Part shown: positions 1 to 11,237 of the stretch, one piece after another | How positions within the stretch are numbered: position 1 is the first letter of the stretch | How the letters are laid out: every line of letters starts with the position of its first letter | Assembly (NCBI GenBank): GCA_963575745.1 | Contig: CAUYUJ010000024.1 | Location: 1-64,000, forward strand | Direction of reading: 5' to 3' | DNA: 64,000 bases | Origin: Prorocentrum cordatum | Taxonomy: Eukaryota | Translations under genes and position numbers: made by a program | The notes under the pieces: model-generated | The model's database searches: none | The model's input: the letters and a program-made list of their open reading frames with translations, nothing else | Told to the model about the DNA's origin: nothing

Positions 1-40
1 GGACGTCAGATATGACGCGCGCGCACCTAGCTTGTCCCCC
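1..40 (+). repeat. 3' end of dispersed repeat family A (other copies 20740-21365 and 38168-39000)
   Basis: ggacgtcagatatgacgcgcgcgcacctagcttgtc matches sequence near 21318 and near 38959; each copy is followed by a C-rich tract. Confidence 0.8.
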
Positions 41-556
41 TCCCCCTCCTCCTCCTCCTCCTCCTTCTTCTCCTCCTCCTCCTCCTCCTCCTCCTCCTCC
101 TCCTCCCTCTTACTCCTCCCTCGTACTCCTCTCTGCGGTCGTCTCCTCCTCCTCCTCCTCCGCCTCCACCTCCACCACCTCCACGTCCTCGACCGCCTCT
201 GGCTCATCATGCTCCGCCTTCTGCTGCTGCTGCTGCTTCTCCGCCTTCCTGCTCTTCCTGCCCCCCTCTTACTGTGCCGCCCCGCGGGCCTGTCCTGGGG
301 CACGTTGTGACCAGAAACTCTCGGCGAGTGCAGCTCCGACGACGAGCACCCCACCCTCGCCCGTTGGAGGCCCGAGTGGGCAAAACCCTACAAGTCATCA
401 GGTCCTACTCCTCGTCCTCGTCCTCCTTCTCCTCGTCCTCGTCGTCCTTCTTCTCCTCCTCCTCACACTCCTCCTGCTGCCCAGCAAAGCCCAGCGTTGC
501 CTAAAACTCCGATCCTCGAGCCTCGATCTCGGCGGCGGCGGCGACGGCGACGGCGA

Positions 557-591
<35 letters not shown>

Positions 592-754
592 TCGTCGTCG
601 TCGCCAGCGCTCGCGCTGGCGCTGGCGTTGGCGGGGATGGCGGCGATTCCCCAGCGGACGGCGGCGGTGTTGGCGACGACGGCGGCGGCGACGGCAACGA
701 TGACGGCAGAGGCGGCGGCGCCGAGTGGGGCGGCGGCGGCGGCGGCGCCCCCTG

Positions 755-815
755 GCTGGCTGGAGGAACGGGCGCTCAAGGGCTACCTGGAGGCGCTCTC
801 CTCGAGCGAGCGCAG
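755..815 (+). CDS. Candidate exon a of unidentified multi-exon gene X (WLEERALKGYLEALSSSER)
   Basis: Non-repetitive GC3-rich island between microsatellites; ends cgcag|GA; no canonical acceptor seen. Confidence 0.45.
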
Positions 816-1099
816 GACTGCGGGCCCTTGCCAGAGGTCTCCCCAGCGTCGTCGCCGCCTCCGTTGTGGCCACCGCCGTCGCCGCAGTCGTTGCCGCCGC
901 CGTCTCCGCCGTCGCCGTCGCTGCCGTCGTTGTCGCCGTCTTCGCCGCCGTCGCCGCCGCCATAGCTATTGCCCTCAGCGCGAGCGTGGGACTCGTAGAC
1001 GTCGGCGCCGGTCTCGCCTTTGTTCTGTTCCCGCTTACGCGGAGAAAAAGGGGTATAGGGTTGGATGAGGAGCGGATGGGGAGAGGATTGCAACATGCT

Positions 1100-1863
1100 G
1101 GTGCTTGTGCGTCTGATCATGATGAGGATGCTGTTGTTGATGGTGGTGGTGATGCTAATGATGCTAAAACGATGGTGATACTGTGACGACGACGATGATG
1201 ATGAGGATGGCGAGGATGGTGATGACGATGCTGATGATGATGAGGATGACGGTGGTGATTGGTATACGGATCATGATGCTGATGCTGGTGGTGGTGGTGG
1301 TGATGATGCTGATTATGATGGTGATGATGATGCTACTGATGATGAGGATGGTGGTGATTATGGTGATGGTGATGATAATGGTGATGGCGATGATGATAAT
1401 GAAGATGACGATAACGATGATGATGATGATTATGATGATGATGCTAATGATGATGATGATGGCTTAGTTGTTCCGAATGATGGTGGCGATGACGGTACAG
1501 ATGCCGACGATTATGTTGATGTTGTTGAGTATGCTTGTGATTATGATGAAAATGGTGATGATGTTGCTGATGATGATGTTGATGAGGATGATGTTTGTTG
1601 ATGCCGATGTCGTTGGTGAGGTTAAGGTTGATGTTGTTGTTGATGATGATGATGATGATATTGACGCTGTTGATGATGCTGACGGTGATGCTGACGACGA
1701 CGATGATGATGATGGAGAAAGTACATATAATCATTGTGTTTATAGTAATGATGATGGTGTTGATGCTGATGATGTTGATGACGCTGTTGCTGATAATGTC
1801 AGTGATCTGGATGATGATGCTTCTGATGCTGATGTTGCTGATGCTGATGCTGATGCTGCTGCA

Positions 1864-1921
<58 letters not shown>

Positions 1922-2160
1922 CTGATGGTGATGATGATGATGATGCTGATGATTATGATGATGATGATACGGACGTTGATGACGACGACGATGCTGATGA
2001 TGCTGATGACGGTGATGATGTAGCTCATGGTGATGATGCTGCTGCTGATGATGATTATGATGATGCTGCTGATGATGTTGCTGATGACGGCGATGAGGAG
2101 GGCGAGGATGAGGAGGAGGAAGATGAAGAGGAGGAGGATGAAACAGACACGCACGATGAG
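1100..2160 (+). repeat. Degenerate (GAT)n microsatellite
   Basis: Direct inspection; source of spurious poly-D/M/H ORFs. Confidence 0.95.
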
Positions 2161-2612
2161 TGAGGCAGGGGGTCGGGGAGGACAAAGCGCGATGGATTAT
2201 GGTGCTGAACATGATGATGAGAGGAGGCGGAGGAAGAGGGATGAACACGCAGAGGAAGACGAGGAGAAGAGAGTGGGGTGTAGGTCGAGGGCTCTGAGGG
2301 GTGCAGGGGAAGAAGGGAGGATGTAAGACACATAGGAGGACGATGAGACGAACGAGGGAGGTAAGGATGGACGAATGGGATGGAGCGAGGGAGAGATGAT
2401 GAGGAGGACGAGCAGGGGGAGGATGGAGAATGAGGGTGGCTGCGAAGTGGACGCCGAGGGGGGGTGAGGAGGAGGAGGAGCAGAAGGAGGAGAGGGCGGA
2501 GGCGGAGGCGGAGGCGGAGGCGGAGGCGGAGGAGGAGGCGGAGGAGGAGGAGGAACAGGAGGAGGAGGGGGAGGAGGAGAGAGAATGAGGAAGACGAGAA
2601 GTGCACGGCGGG

Positions 2613-2660
2613 GGTTCCGTGGAGCTTCGGGGGGGTCGAAGCAGTTCTTCGTGCTTCCAG
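2613..2660 (+). CDS. Candidate exon b of gene X (VPWSFGGVEAVLRAS)
   Basis: Ends tccag|GTcggt, phase 2; start uncertain because there is no AG. Confidence 0.45.
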
Positions 2661-2956
2661 GTCGGTGGTTTTGGGTGGCTCGTGGCGGTGCGAGTGCGCG
2701 CTCCGGGGGGGCTCTTAGGGGGCTCTGGACTCGGAGGAGGGGGAGAGTCAGGGCGAATGCGAAGAGGAGGGCGACGGGGAGGGCGAAGGGAGGGCAAGGA
2801 GAGAAGGAGGAGGAGGAGGAGGAGGAGGAGGAGGAGGGGGAGGAGGAGGAGGAGGAGGAGGAGGAGGAGCAGGAGGAGGAGCAGGAGGAGGAGGAGGGCT
2901 GAGGACGAGGACGACTGCGAACCCAAGCCTAATCAGCGATGTTGCAGAACAGCGTC

Positions 2957-3610
2957 CCTCCAAGCTCCCTGTGCATAGGACCCTAGAAGGGCGTATATTC
3001 ACTGAAGGAAGTGCCCCTGTGGAAGACAACCTTCTGAAGATCTGGAACCGTGCTCAGACATCTTTCCTGGGACTTCAACGCCGCGAATGGGCGTTACTTC
3101 TGCGTTCTGACGATCCTGAATCGTGGCCGAACTCCGTTCCTGGGGCTTCAACACCGCGAAGGAAAGTGACTGTTGCGTCCTGGCAGTCTTACACCGAGCC
3201 CGAGCCAACACATTCTTTCTGGGACGTCAACCATCAGGATCCATGAATATGCTGCGAACTCGTAAGACGAACGGACAAGTCGTTAAGGCGAGAACCGCAT
3301 TTTGAAAAGGGACCGCCACCCGTGGAACTCTTTCAATACGAATGTGCTCGGCGCTAATGCCAGAACCACATGTTGAAAACCGCCCGCCATCCATTCGTGA
3401 AGCTCTTGCAAACTTATAAGAAGACGCTTGTGCGCGGCGCGAAGGCGAGAACCACATTTTGAAAACGGCCCGCCCCTCCATCCGTGAGGATCTTGCAGAA
3501 TTTAAGCTTCAGGATCATACGTGGTGAGGCCGTCTCAGGCGAAAACGCCCGTCTCGCCCAACCGACACGTCTCCAGCACGACAGGGAGGATTCACTCAGA
3601 AGGAGAAGCG
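2957..3610 (+). repeat. Dispersed repeat family B, copy 1
   Basis: ccctccaagctccct...gaagacaacc...ttcctgggact is shared with 7515-8050 (+) and 19985-20625 (-). Confidence 0.8.
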
Positions 3611-3794
3611 GCGGAGGCGGTGGAGGAGGAAGAGAGAGGAGGAGGAGGAGGAGGAGGAGGAGGAGGAGGAGGAGGAGGAGGAGGAGGAGGAGGAGGTCTC
3701 AAAGGGCCCAGGATGGGCCAAAAGCGCCCAGAGGCCTCGACCCTCTGTCCTCCCGGAGTGAGCCGCGAGGAGGGCGGGGGCGAGGAGACTGCAT

Positions 3795-3825
3795 GTGGGC
3801 GCTGAGGCGCTGTGGTGCCGCGGAG
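3795..3825 (+). CDS. Candidate micro-exon c of gene X (WALRRCGAAE)
   Basis: Phase-compatible with exons b and d; ends gag|GC; acceptor reads AT rather than AG. Confidence 0.4.
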
Positions 3826-3844
3826 GCCTGGTCCCGAGGGCGTG

Positions 3845-4403
3845 GGCCCTGTTCGCCCGCCGAACCGCGGTTCGCCAGGGACCCTGCTCGCCCGGGACCC
3901 TGTTCGCCGGGGCCCTCTTTGCCCGCCGCGCCGCCGTCTCCGTCGCCGTCGTCGCCGTCGCCGTCGTCGTTGCCGTCGCCGTCGCCGTCCCCGTCGCCGT
4001 CGCCGTCCCCGTCGCGAGGATGACAGGAGCGAGGATGACAGGAGCGATGATGAACGGAGCGAGGATGAAAGGGGCGAGGGCGGACCCTCATGAGCTGAGC
4101 GGGCGGGCGGGTGGACCCTAGCGGGCGGGTCGGGTCGGGCCGGCAGGACACTAAAGTGCGAGGCATGCGCGTGCGAGCACGCGTGAACCCTAACGGGCGG
4201 GTCGGGTCGGGCGGGCGGACCCTAACGGTCGGGTCAGGACGGGCGGGCGGGACATTAAAGTGTGGGGCATACACGGGCGAGCACGCGTGAACCCCAACGG
4301 GCGGGTCGGGCCGGATACACGAGCGAGCACGCGTGAACCCTAACAGGCGGGCCGGGCCGGGTGGCCAGACCCGAACGGTCGGGTCGGGTCGGGCGGGCGG
4401 GGC

Positions 4404-4436
<33 letters not shown>

Positions 4437-4612
4437 TGCGACGACGAGATGACGACGAGACGGAGGCAGCGACGGCGACGACGGCGAAAACGAGGACGAC
4501 GACGGCGGCGAACAGGGAGTTGGTGAAAAGGGTCTCGGGCGAACAGGGCGGGGGCGAAGAAGGCGGCGACGAACAGGGCCCTGGGCGAAGAGGGCGGCGG
4601 CGAACAGGGCCT
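3845..4612. repeat. Intron-spanning foldback: (ccctgttcgcc)n+(GTC)n arm versus (GAC)n+(ggcgaacaggg)n arm, with a cgggcgggtcgg minisatellite loop
   Basis: Arms at about 3845-4015 and 4400-4612 are reverse complements. Confidence 0.8.
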
Positions 4613-4657
4613 CCGCCATCCCGAGCACGTCGGAACGGCGGGCCCCAAGCCGCCGAG

Positions 4658-4704
4658 GCCACGCCGGGGCTCGCCCAGGATGCCTTGGGCGCGGCTGACT
4701 GCAG
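4658..4704 (+). CDS. Candidate exon d of gene X (ATPGLAQDALGAADC)
   Basis: ccgAG|gcc acceptor and gcag|GA donor; phases 0 and 2 match the neighbouring exons. Confidence 0.5.
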
Positions 4705-4910
4705 GAGCTGGGGTGGTCCCTAGAGCAGTTTCAACCACAGGGCCCCTGGTAACCCCAACTCGGAGCCTTGCAGCCTCATCCAGCCTTTTTATCCCCCTCC
4801 TCCTCCTCTTTCTCCGCCTCCTCCTTATCTTCTTCCGTCTCCTCCTCCTCCTCCTCCTACCTTCCTCCTCCTACTCCTCCTCCTCCTCCTCGTCCTCCTC
4901 CTCCTCCTCC

Positions 4911-6610
4911 TACACCAGTGGCTGTTCGAAGTCCTGCGCCCCCATGGAGTTCCCCAGGGATACGTTAATTTTGCTCCACTCCCTCTACTTCTGTCTCAGG
5001 GGCTTCGGGCGTTTCGGCGGGGAACTTCACTTTATGTTATACTAGTGCAGCGGTGTCCTCCAGGGGTGTCCCCTCTCGGGATCGTGTTGGGCGTTGATTT
5101 TCGAACCTGTGGGTCGTCTGCTTTCCGAGGCTGTGGAAATGTGCCCCGTAGGAGACACCCGGGGGGATGCAGGAGCCTGTGCGGATGATATCGGTCTGCT
5201 CGTCCCGCAGATCCGCACACTATCTCGTGTCATGCCACACTTTGCTGCCATCAAAGAGCACGCCCTCCTTCAGCTTCAGGCTAACAAATGCTGTATTGTT
5301 CCTCTGTGGGATGAATGCACGCCTGCAGTACGTGAGGATGTGAAGCAATGGTTACACACGCATGTCCCTGCTTGCAGCTCGTTCGATGGGCAAGACTCCA
5401 CCCAGTACCTCGGCATCCAGTTCGGCCCAGCAGCCGAGTTAGAAAGCCAATGGGCTCAGGCTGCGTGCAAGTGGTGGCATCGTACGATCGATCTCCCCTA
5501 CTCGCGACCCTCTCCTCACCTTCTCGCTTTCCAGTACAATATGTACGCCACCAGCACCCTGAGCTACCTGTCCCAGTTGTTCCTCCTTCGTCTCAGGTTT
5601 TAAAGCGCGAGGCCCTCGCTATCCATAAGCTTTTCCGTCTGCCCCTCAACTCTTTCAGCCTGTCTGAAATTCTGTCTCGTGGCCTCTGGTTATCTGCGGC
5701 CCCCTCGTCTATCCTCGTGCTGTCGCTCTCGGCCGCGTGGCGCATGTGCTCCCATACTGTCCCCGACTGGCAGCCCGCGTGTGACAGCCTCCAGATGGCC
5801 GCAGATGCTGCGTGTGGGCGCACGCTTGACGCCACCGACTGGGCCGTCAACGTATGGTCGCCCAAGTTCAGGCGCCTCCCGAAGGCGATCGTGCAGTACT
5901 TCGACACGCTTAGCAGATCCGCCCCCCCGCCTCTCTCAGTCATAGATTAGACTGGGATCTGGCCGAAAGAGCGAGGAGGATCGAGGAACGTGAGGCCCGA
6001 GATGCTGGCCGAACGCCGAAGATCCAGGGTGTTGTCGGTCGTCGTCTGAGAGTGCCGTTGCTTCCTGACCGGCTACGTCTCTTGATTGGCCGTAGGCTCA
6101 GAAAGTGGCAATTTCCATGCCCGCCCGACCTCCACCAGAGATGGGAACTTCTCAAGCCCACCCTCCTGCTTGTGCGCCCCAGCTTGCGCTGGGCTGTTTT
6201 GAAGACGATCAGTGGAGGGTTGACCACGAGCGGGCGAATGCTTGTGTCGCTGCATCAGCGTGACTGTTTGTTTGGCTGTCCTCACTGCAAGGACCAGATC
6301 TCACATTATTTTACGTGTGTGCGGCTTCGCCACCACGTCGCCCTCAGTTGGACTCGGCTCGTCTTTCCGTCGGACCTTTTTTGTTGGCTTGGCCTTGGGA
6401 GCGCGGAGGATTATGGCACGCCTGACTTCGAGGTCGCTCGTCGCCAGGCTGTCGAAGCCACTGCGCTCGCCTTTCATATCTTTCACGAATCCAAACATGA
6501 CGTCCCTCTAGACGGCTTCCATACATACGAATCTGCCACGCGGGTACAGGTGCCGCACGGCATGCGCTCCGAGCGTAGGTGGCACCATGACTCGCCCTCA
6601 GGCGACGTCT
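4911..6610 (+). mobile_element. 5'-truncated, decayed non-LTR retrotransposon (RT C-terminal half plus Cys/His knuckle)
   Basis: Motifs SGVLQGCPLSG (about 5050-5080), GACADDIG, NKCCIVPL, YLGIQFG, then CLFGCPHCKDQISHYFTC; stop at 5043 and frameshift near 5600; (CCT)n on both sides. Confidence 0.85.
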
Positions 6611-6779
6611 TCTCCTCCTCCTCCTTTTCCTCCTCCTCCTCCTCCTCCTCCTCCTCCTCCTCCTCCTCCTCCTCTGCTTCACTTCAAGACTGCGCCAGGG
6701 GGAGGAGAAGGAAGAGGAGGAGGAGGAGCAGGAGGATGTGGAGGAGGTAAAGGAGGAGGAGGAGGCGAAGGAGGAGGAA

Positions 6780-7326
6780 CAACGATGATGATAATGATGA
6801 TCATGCTGGTGATGCTGATGATGCTGATGATGATGATGATGATGCTGATGCTGATGTGGATGATGCTGATGATGATGCTGGTGACGATGATGATGGTGGT
6901 GATGATGGTGGTGGCTGTGATGGTGATGGTGATGGTGATGGTGACAGTGATGAGGAGGATGCATATGAATATGCTGGTGCTGATGCTGATGCCGATGTTG
7001 ATGCTGTTGATGATGAAGATGCTGGTATTGATGATGATGACGATGATGAATACGATTCTCATAATGTTGCTGTTGATGGTGACGCTGATGATGCTGATGA
7101 TGTTGATGATGATGAAGGTGGTGATTACGATGAGGATTATTAGTGCACGTATGATGATGGTGGTGACGATGCCGATAGTGATGACGATGATGTTGGCGAT
7201 GATTATCATGATACAGATGAAGTTGACGATGGCGATACTGATGATGATTATGATGATCATGATGATCATGATCATGTTAGTTGATCATGGCCACGATCAT
7301 GTTGATGGTGATGCTGATGCTGCTGC

Positions 7327-7358
<32 letters not shown>

Positions 7359-7500
7359 TGGATGGTGCTTATGATGGCGATGCTGATGCTGATGCTGCTG
7401 CTGATGATGGTGGTGATGCTGATGATGGTGGTTATGCTTATGATGTTGATACTGGTGCTCATGCTGATGCTGGTGCTGGTGAAGGTGATGATGAGGAGGA
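6780..7500 (+). repeat. Degenerate (GAT)n microsatellite
   Basis: Direct inspection. Confidence 0.95.
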
Positions 7501-7514
7501 GGAGAAGGACCACT

Positions 7515-8050
7515 GCAGTCCCTCTTCATAGGTATCCGGAAGAAGCTGGGGTCATTGAGGGAAGTGGCCCATTAGAAGACAACCGTCTGATAATTCTCAA
7601 TCGCGCCCAAACCCCTTTCCTGGGACTCCAATGCCGCGGATCAACATGACCGTTGAGTCCTGTCGCTCCTAAAGCTTACCTGAACACCATTCTTGGGATT
7701 CAGCACTGCGAATCAACATGACTGCGTTCTGACCATCCTAAACCGCGCCTGAACACCATTCCTAGGACTCTTGCGACTAATGTAGGCAGCGCTCAGGCGA
7801 GAGCCGATCGATCTTCCATCTCTGAAGTTGCTCCAATCCTTTTATGACTACGGTGAGCGGCGCTGAGGTGAGAGCAACATTTCGGAACGGATCCGCTTCC
7901 CATCCGTGGAACGCTTGCACAATTAAGTTTCAGGGTAATGCAAGGCGGGGAAGTCTCTGGCGAAACGCCCAGGCCGCCCTACCAACACGTATGGGGGTGC
8001 GACAGGGAGGAGTTATGTGTCAGGAAGAAGGATGCCGGATGCAGTGGAAG
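7515..8050 (+). repeat. Dispersed repeat family B, copy 2
   Basis: Similar to 2957-3610. Confidence 0.75.
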
Positions 8051-8462
8051 AGAAGGAAGAGAAAGATGACGAGTCGAGTAGATAGAGGAGGAGGCGGAGG
8101 AGGCGAGGGAGCAGGAGGACGGCAGAAAGACCCGAGGAGGAGGAGGAGGACGAGGAGGAGGAGGAGGAGGAGGAGGAGGAGGAGGAGGAGGAGGGGAGTA
8201 GGATGAGGAGAGGAGGAGGAGGAGGAGGAGGAGGAGGAGGGCGGGGGGGAGCAGGGCGGACGGGAGAAAGACCCGAGGAGGAGAAGGAGGAGGAGGAGGA
8301 CGATGAGGAGGAGGAGGAGGAGGAGGAGGGGGAGGAGGAGGAGGAGTGAGTCGCGCGGTGACTGGCGCGTCGTCGTCGTCGCCGCCGCCGTGGCCGTCGG
8401 CGTCGTCGTCCGCCAGCCGGCGGCGTCGTCGCCGCCTCTGCCGTCCGCCAGCCGGCGGCGAG

Positions 8463-8574
8463 GAGATGCGGCGCGATCCGGGGCTTCGCCGAGCAGTTCG
8501 ACGAGGTCGGCCAGTCGTCTGGGCTGGTCTGGTCGCTGGAGGGCGCCACGCTGAGCGTGCGGCTGCAGGAGGAG
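8463..8574 (+). CDS. Candidate exon e of gene X (RCGAIRGFAEQFDEVGQSSGLVWSLEGATLSVRLQEE)
   Basis: cgAG|g acceptor, gag|GC donor, strong GC3 bias, phase-compatible with exon d. Confidence 0.65.
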
Positions 8575-8662
8575 GCCAAAAAGTTCTGTTCGGGGGGCAA
8601 CGGCCGATCGAGGTGCGCGGATCGTGGAGGTTCGAGGGCCACGTTTTCTGGCACGTTTTCTC

Positions 8663-9060
<398 letters not shown>

Positions 9061-9257
9061 TTTGCGTGGGCGTGTTCGCTTTCTGGCGTGGCTCCTTGGG
9101 TGCTTTCGTCGCCACAGCCGGGCTCGACTCGGACGGAGTTCTTGTCAGAGCGACGTTCGGGGGTTGCCTGAGGCTGAAAGCCCAGACCTCGGGATCCGGA
9201 GAAACACGCGCTGGAGCTTACTGCGAATGCCTTATGGCCGGCGCCGCCGACCCTGAA

Positions 9258-9293
<36 letters not shown>

Positions 9294-9959
9294 GACGGCG
9301 CGGACGACGAGGACGAGGAGGAGGAATAGGAGGAATAGGAGGAGGAGGAGGAGGAGGAGGAGGAGGAGGAGGAGGAGGAGGAGGAGGAGGAGGATGGGGG
9401 GGGGAGGAGCAGGAGGAGGGGGGTGACTGAGGCTGAGAGCCCAGACCTCGGGCCTCTGAGAAAACGGCGCTGGAGCTTACTCCGCAGGCCTTGCCCCGGG
9501 GACCATGCTCGGCCACGCGCAGAGGTGGGTAGGGGGAGGGAGGAAGGCTTCTTAGAAGCACCACAGCTTCTTAGACAGCGCGGGCCCTGTCTGTAGATAT
9601 AAGGTCGGCGCGCTCTAAGAAGCAGCCTCTTTAGTGTTCGTTTTTGTATTCATTGTTTTACCGATCGGCGCGGGCCCTCCTACTACCCCTTCCCCCCTTA
9701 TGGAGTAGATCTTGGCTGTTTGGGGCGCCTGTTTTGAGCAGGTGGAGTCTCCCCTCACATCGGACGCACTGTCGCAAACAGTCGCACTGAGCAGAGGTCC
9801 AGAGCCAGACCCCCCACCTCCCCTCCTCTTCGCTCAATGTCGAGACGCCGAGTAAGAGAGCGCTCACTGAGAAGCCTTCCCCCCCTCCCTCCACGCCCCT
9901 CTGCGCGCCGCCAACATGCACAAGAGCGACTCGAGGGCGAGAAACTGGTCCTGGGGAAG

Positions 9960-10123
9960 TCAGGAGGGGAAAAACACACACAGACACAATTAATCGTCGA
10001 TTCCCCAGAAAATATGGGAAAATATGGGAAGTGGGGGCGAAGACAAAAACTCAGAAAATCTGGGAACCTATGGGGAATATTTTTATGTGTGTGTATTTGT
10101 TTGTGTGTACTGGGGCCCCTTCA
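9960..10123 (+). mobile_element. About 165-bp non-autonomous element (family D), copy 1, with 5-bp TSD
   Basis: TCAG...CCCCTTCA flanked by ggaag/ggaag; two more copies at 13018 and 16052. Confidence 0.85.
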
Positions 10124-10938
10124 GGAAGGGCCGACAAGAGGTCTTCCGTCTGGTCCACGGTCACAGCGTTGGAGCGAGGGCTCGCTTCTGGGTTCGGGCG
10201 GGCCTCGGTGGCAGTGCCATTCGTTTCCGTTGGCTGGCGGATGCGACGCTTCACTCCTCCTCTTTCCTCCTCCGCGTCCTCCTCGTTCTTCGTTTCCTCC
10301 TCCTCATCCTTGTGCTTGCTCTTTTTCCTCCTCCTCCTCCTCCTCCTCCTCCTCCTCCTCCTCCCTCCTACTTTTTTTTTCCCCGACGGCATGGGAGTGC
10401 TCCGCACGCTGCCGCTTCCCCCAGGGCTGGCCAAAAGCCAGCCCTGGGGGAGTATCATCGAACAGTCGAGCAACGTGTCCGAGCAGACAGCCAGGGAGGA
10501 GGAGAGAGGAAGGAGACGGGAGCGGGGGAGAGGGCCCCCTCCTGCTCCCCTTCCTTCTGGACCCTCCTCCTTGACATCCGCGGATCTCTTTTTTTTGTTT
10601 GTTTTTTTTTGGGGGGGGGATCTTTTGGTTATATTAGTCTTTTGGGGTTCTTTTGGGGATGCATCTGCCGTCCGATTCGCGGCATGAGGCACGGTGGCGG
10701 ATATGTGGTGCAACCTGTGTTGTTTGAGGGCGTCTGCCTCGAGAGCTCACGCCGTCCCGACCCCCGCCGCGCGAGGGAACGGGCCCGACAGTCTTTTGGG
10801 GATGCGTCTTTTGGGGATGCATGATTTTTTGTTTTGTTTCAATTCGCGGCACCAGCAGTCCCGACCGCATCCCAGGGGGTAGTTTCCCGTCCCGGATTCA
10901 GTGCTGATGGCCTTGGGGCCCGACGGCGGCCCCCGAGG

Positions 10939-10988
10939 GCCGCATCCGGGGGAGACTCGCCAGCTGACGAGACCATGTCGTTGGGGAG
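10939..10988 (+). CDS. Candidate exon f of gene X (AASGGDSPADETMSLG)
   Basis: Phase-compatible with exons e and g; both boundaries are one base off canonical. Confidence 0.4.
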
Positions 10989-11237
10989 ATTCGGGTCCTC
11001 GTCGTCGTCCTCCTCCTCCTCCTCCTCTTCCCCCTCCTCCCTCTCCTCCTCCTCCTCCTCCTCCTCCTCCTCCTTCTCCTCCCCCTCCTCCTCCCCCTCC
11101 TCCTCCTCCTCCTCCTCCTAGCCACGCGTGTCCCAGGCCGAGCCCCCCGTGGCCGATTGGGGGATGCTATGCGCGCGCCGCGGCCTCCTGGCAGATGAGT
11201 GCGCGTGCGCACGCCCGCCCTCTTGTTTTCTATTGTC

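Noticed and set aside
1100..2160. Poly-Asp/Met/His/Ile ORFs (also 6587-7650 and 56000-61300)
   Set aside because: Translations of (GAT)n microsatellites that are open in several frames on both strands
4100..4400. aaccctaa motifs resembling telomeric repeats
   Set aside because: Isolated within a longer minisatellite unit, not tandem CCCTAAA
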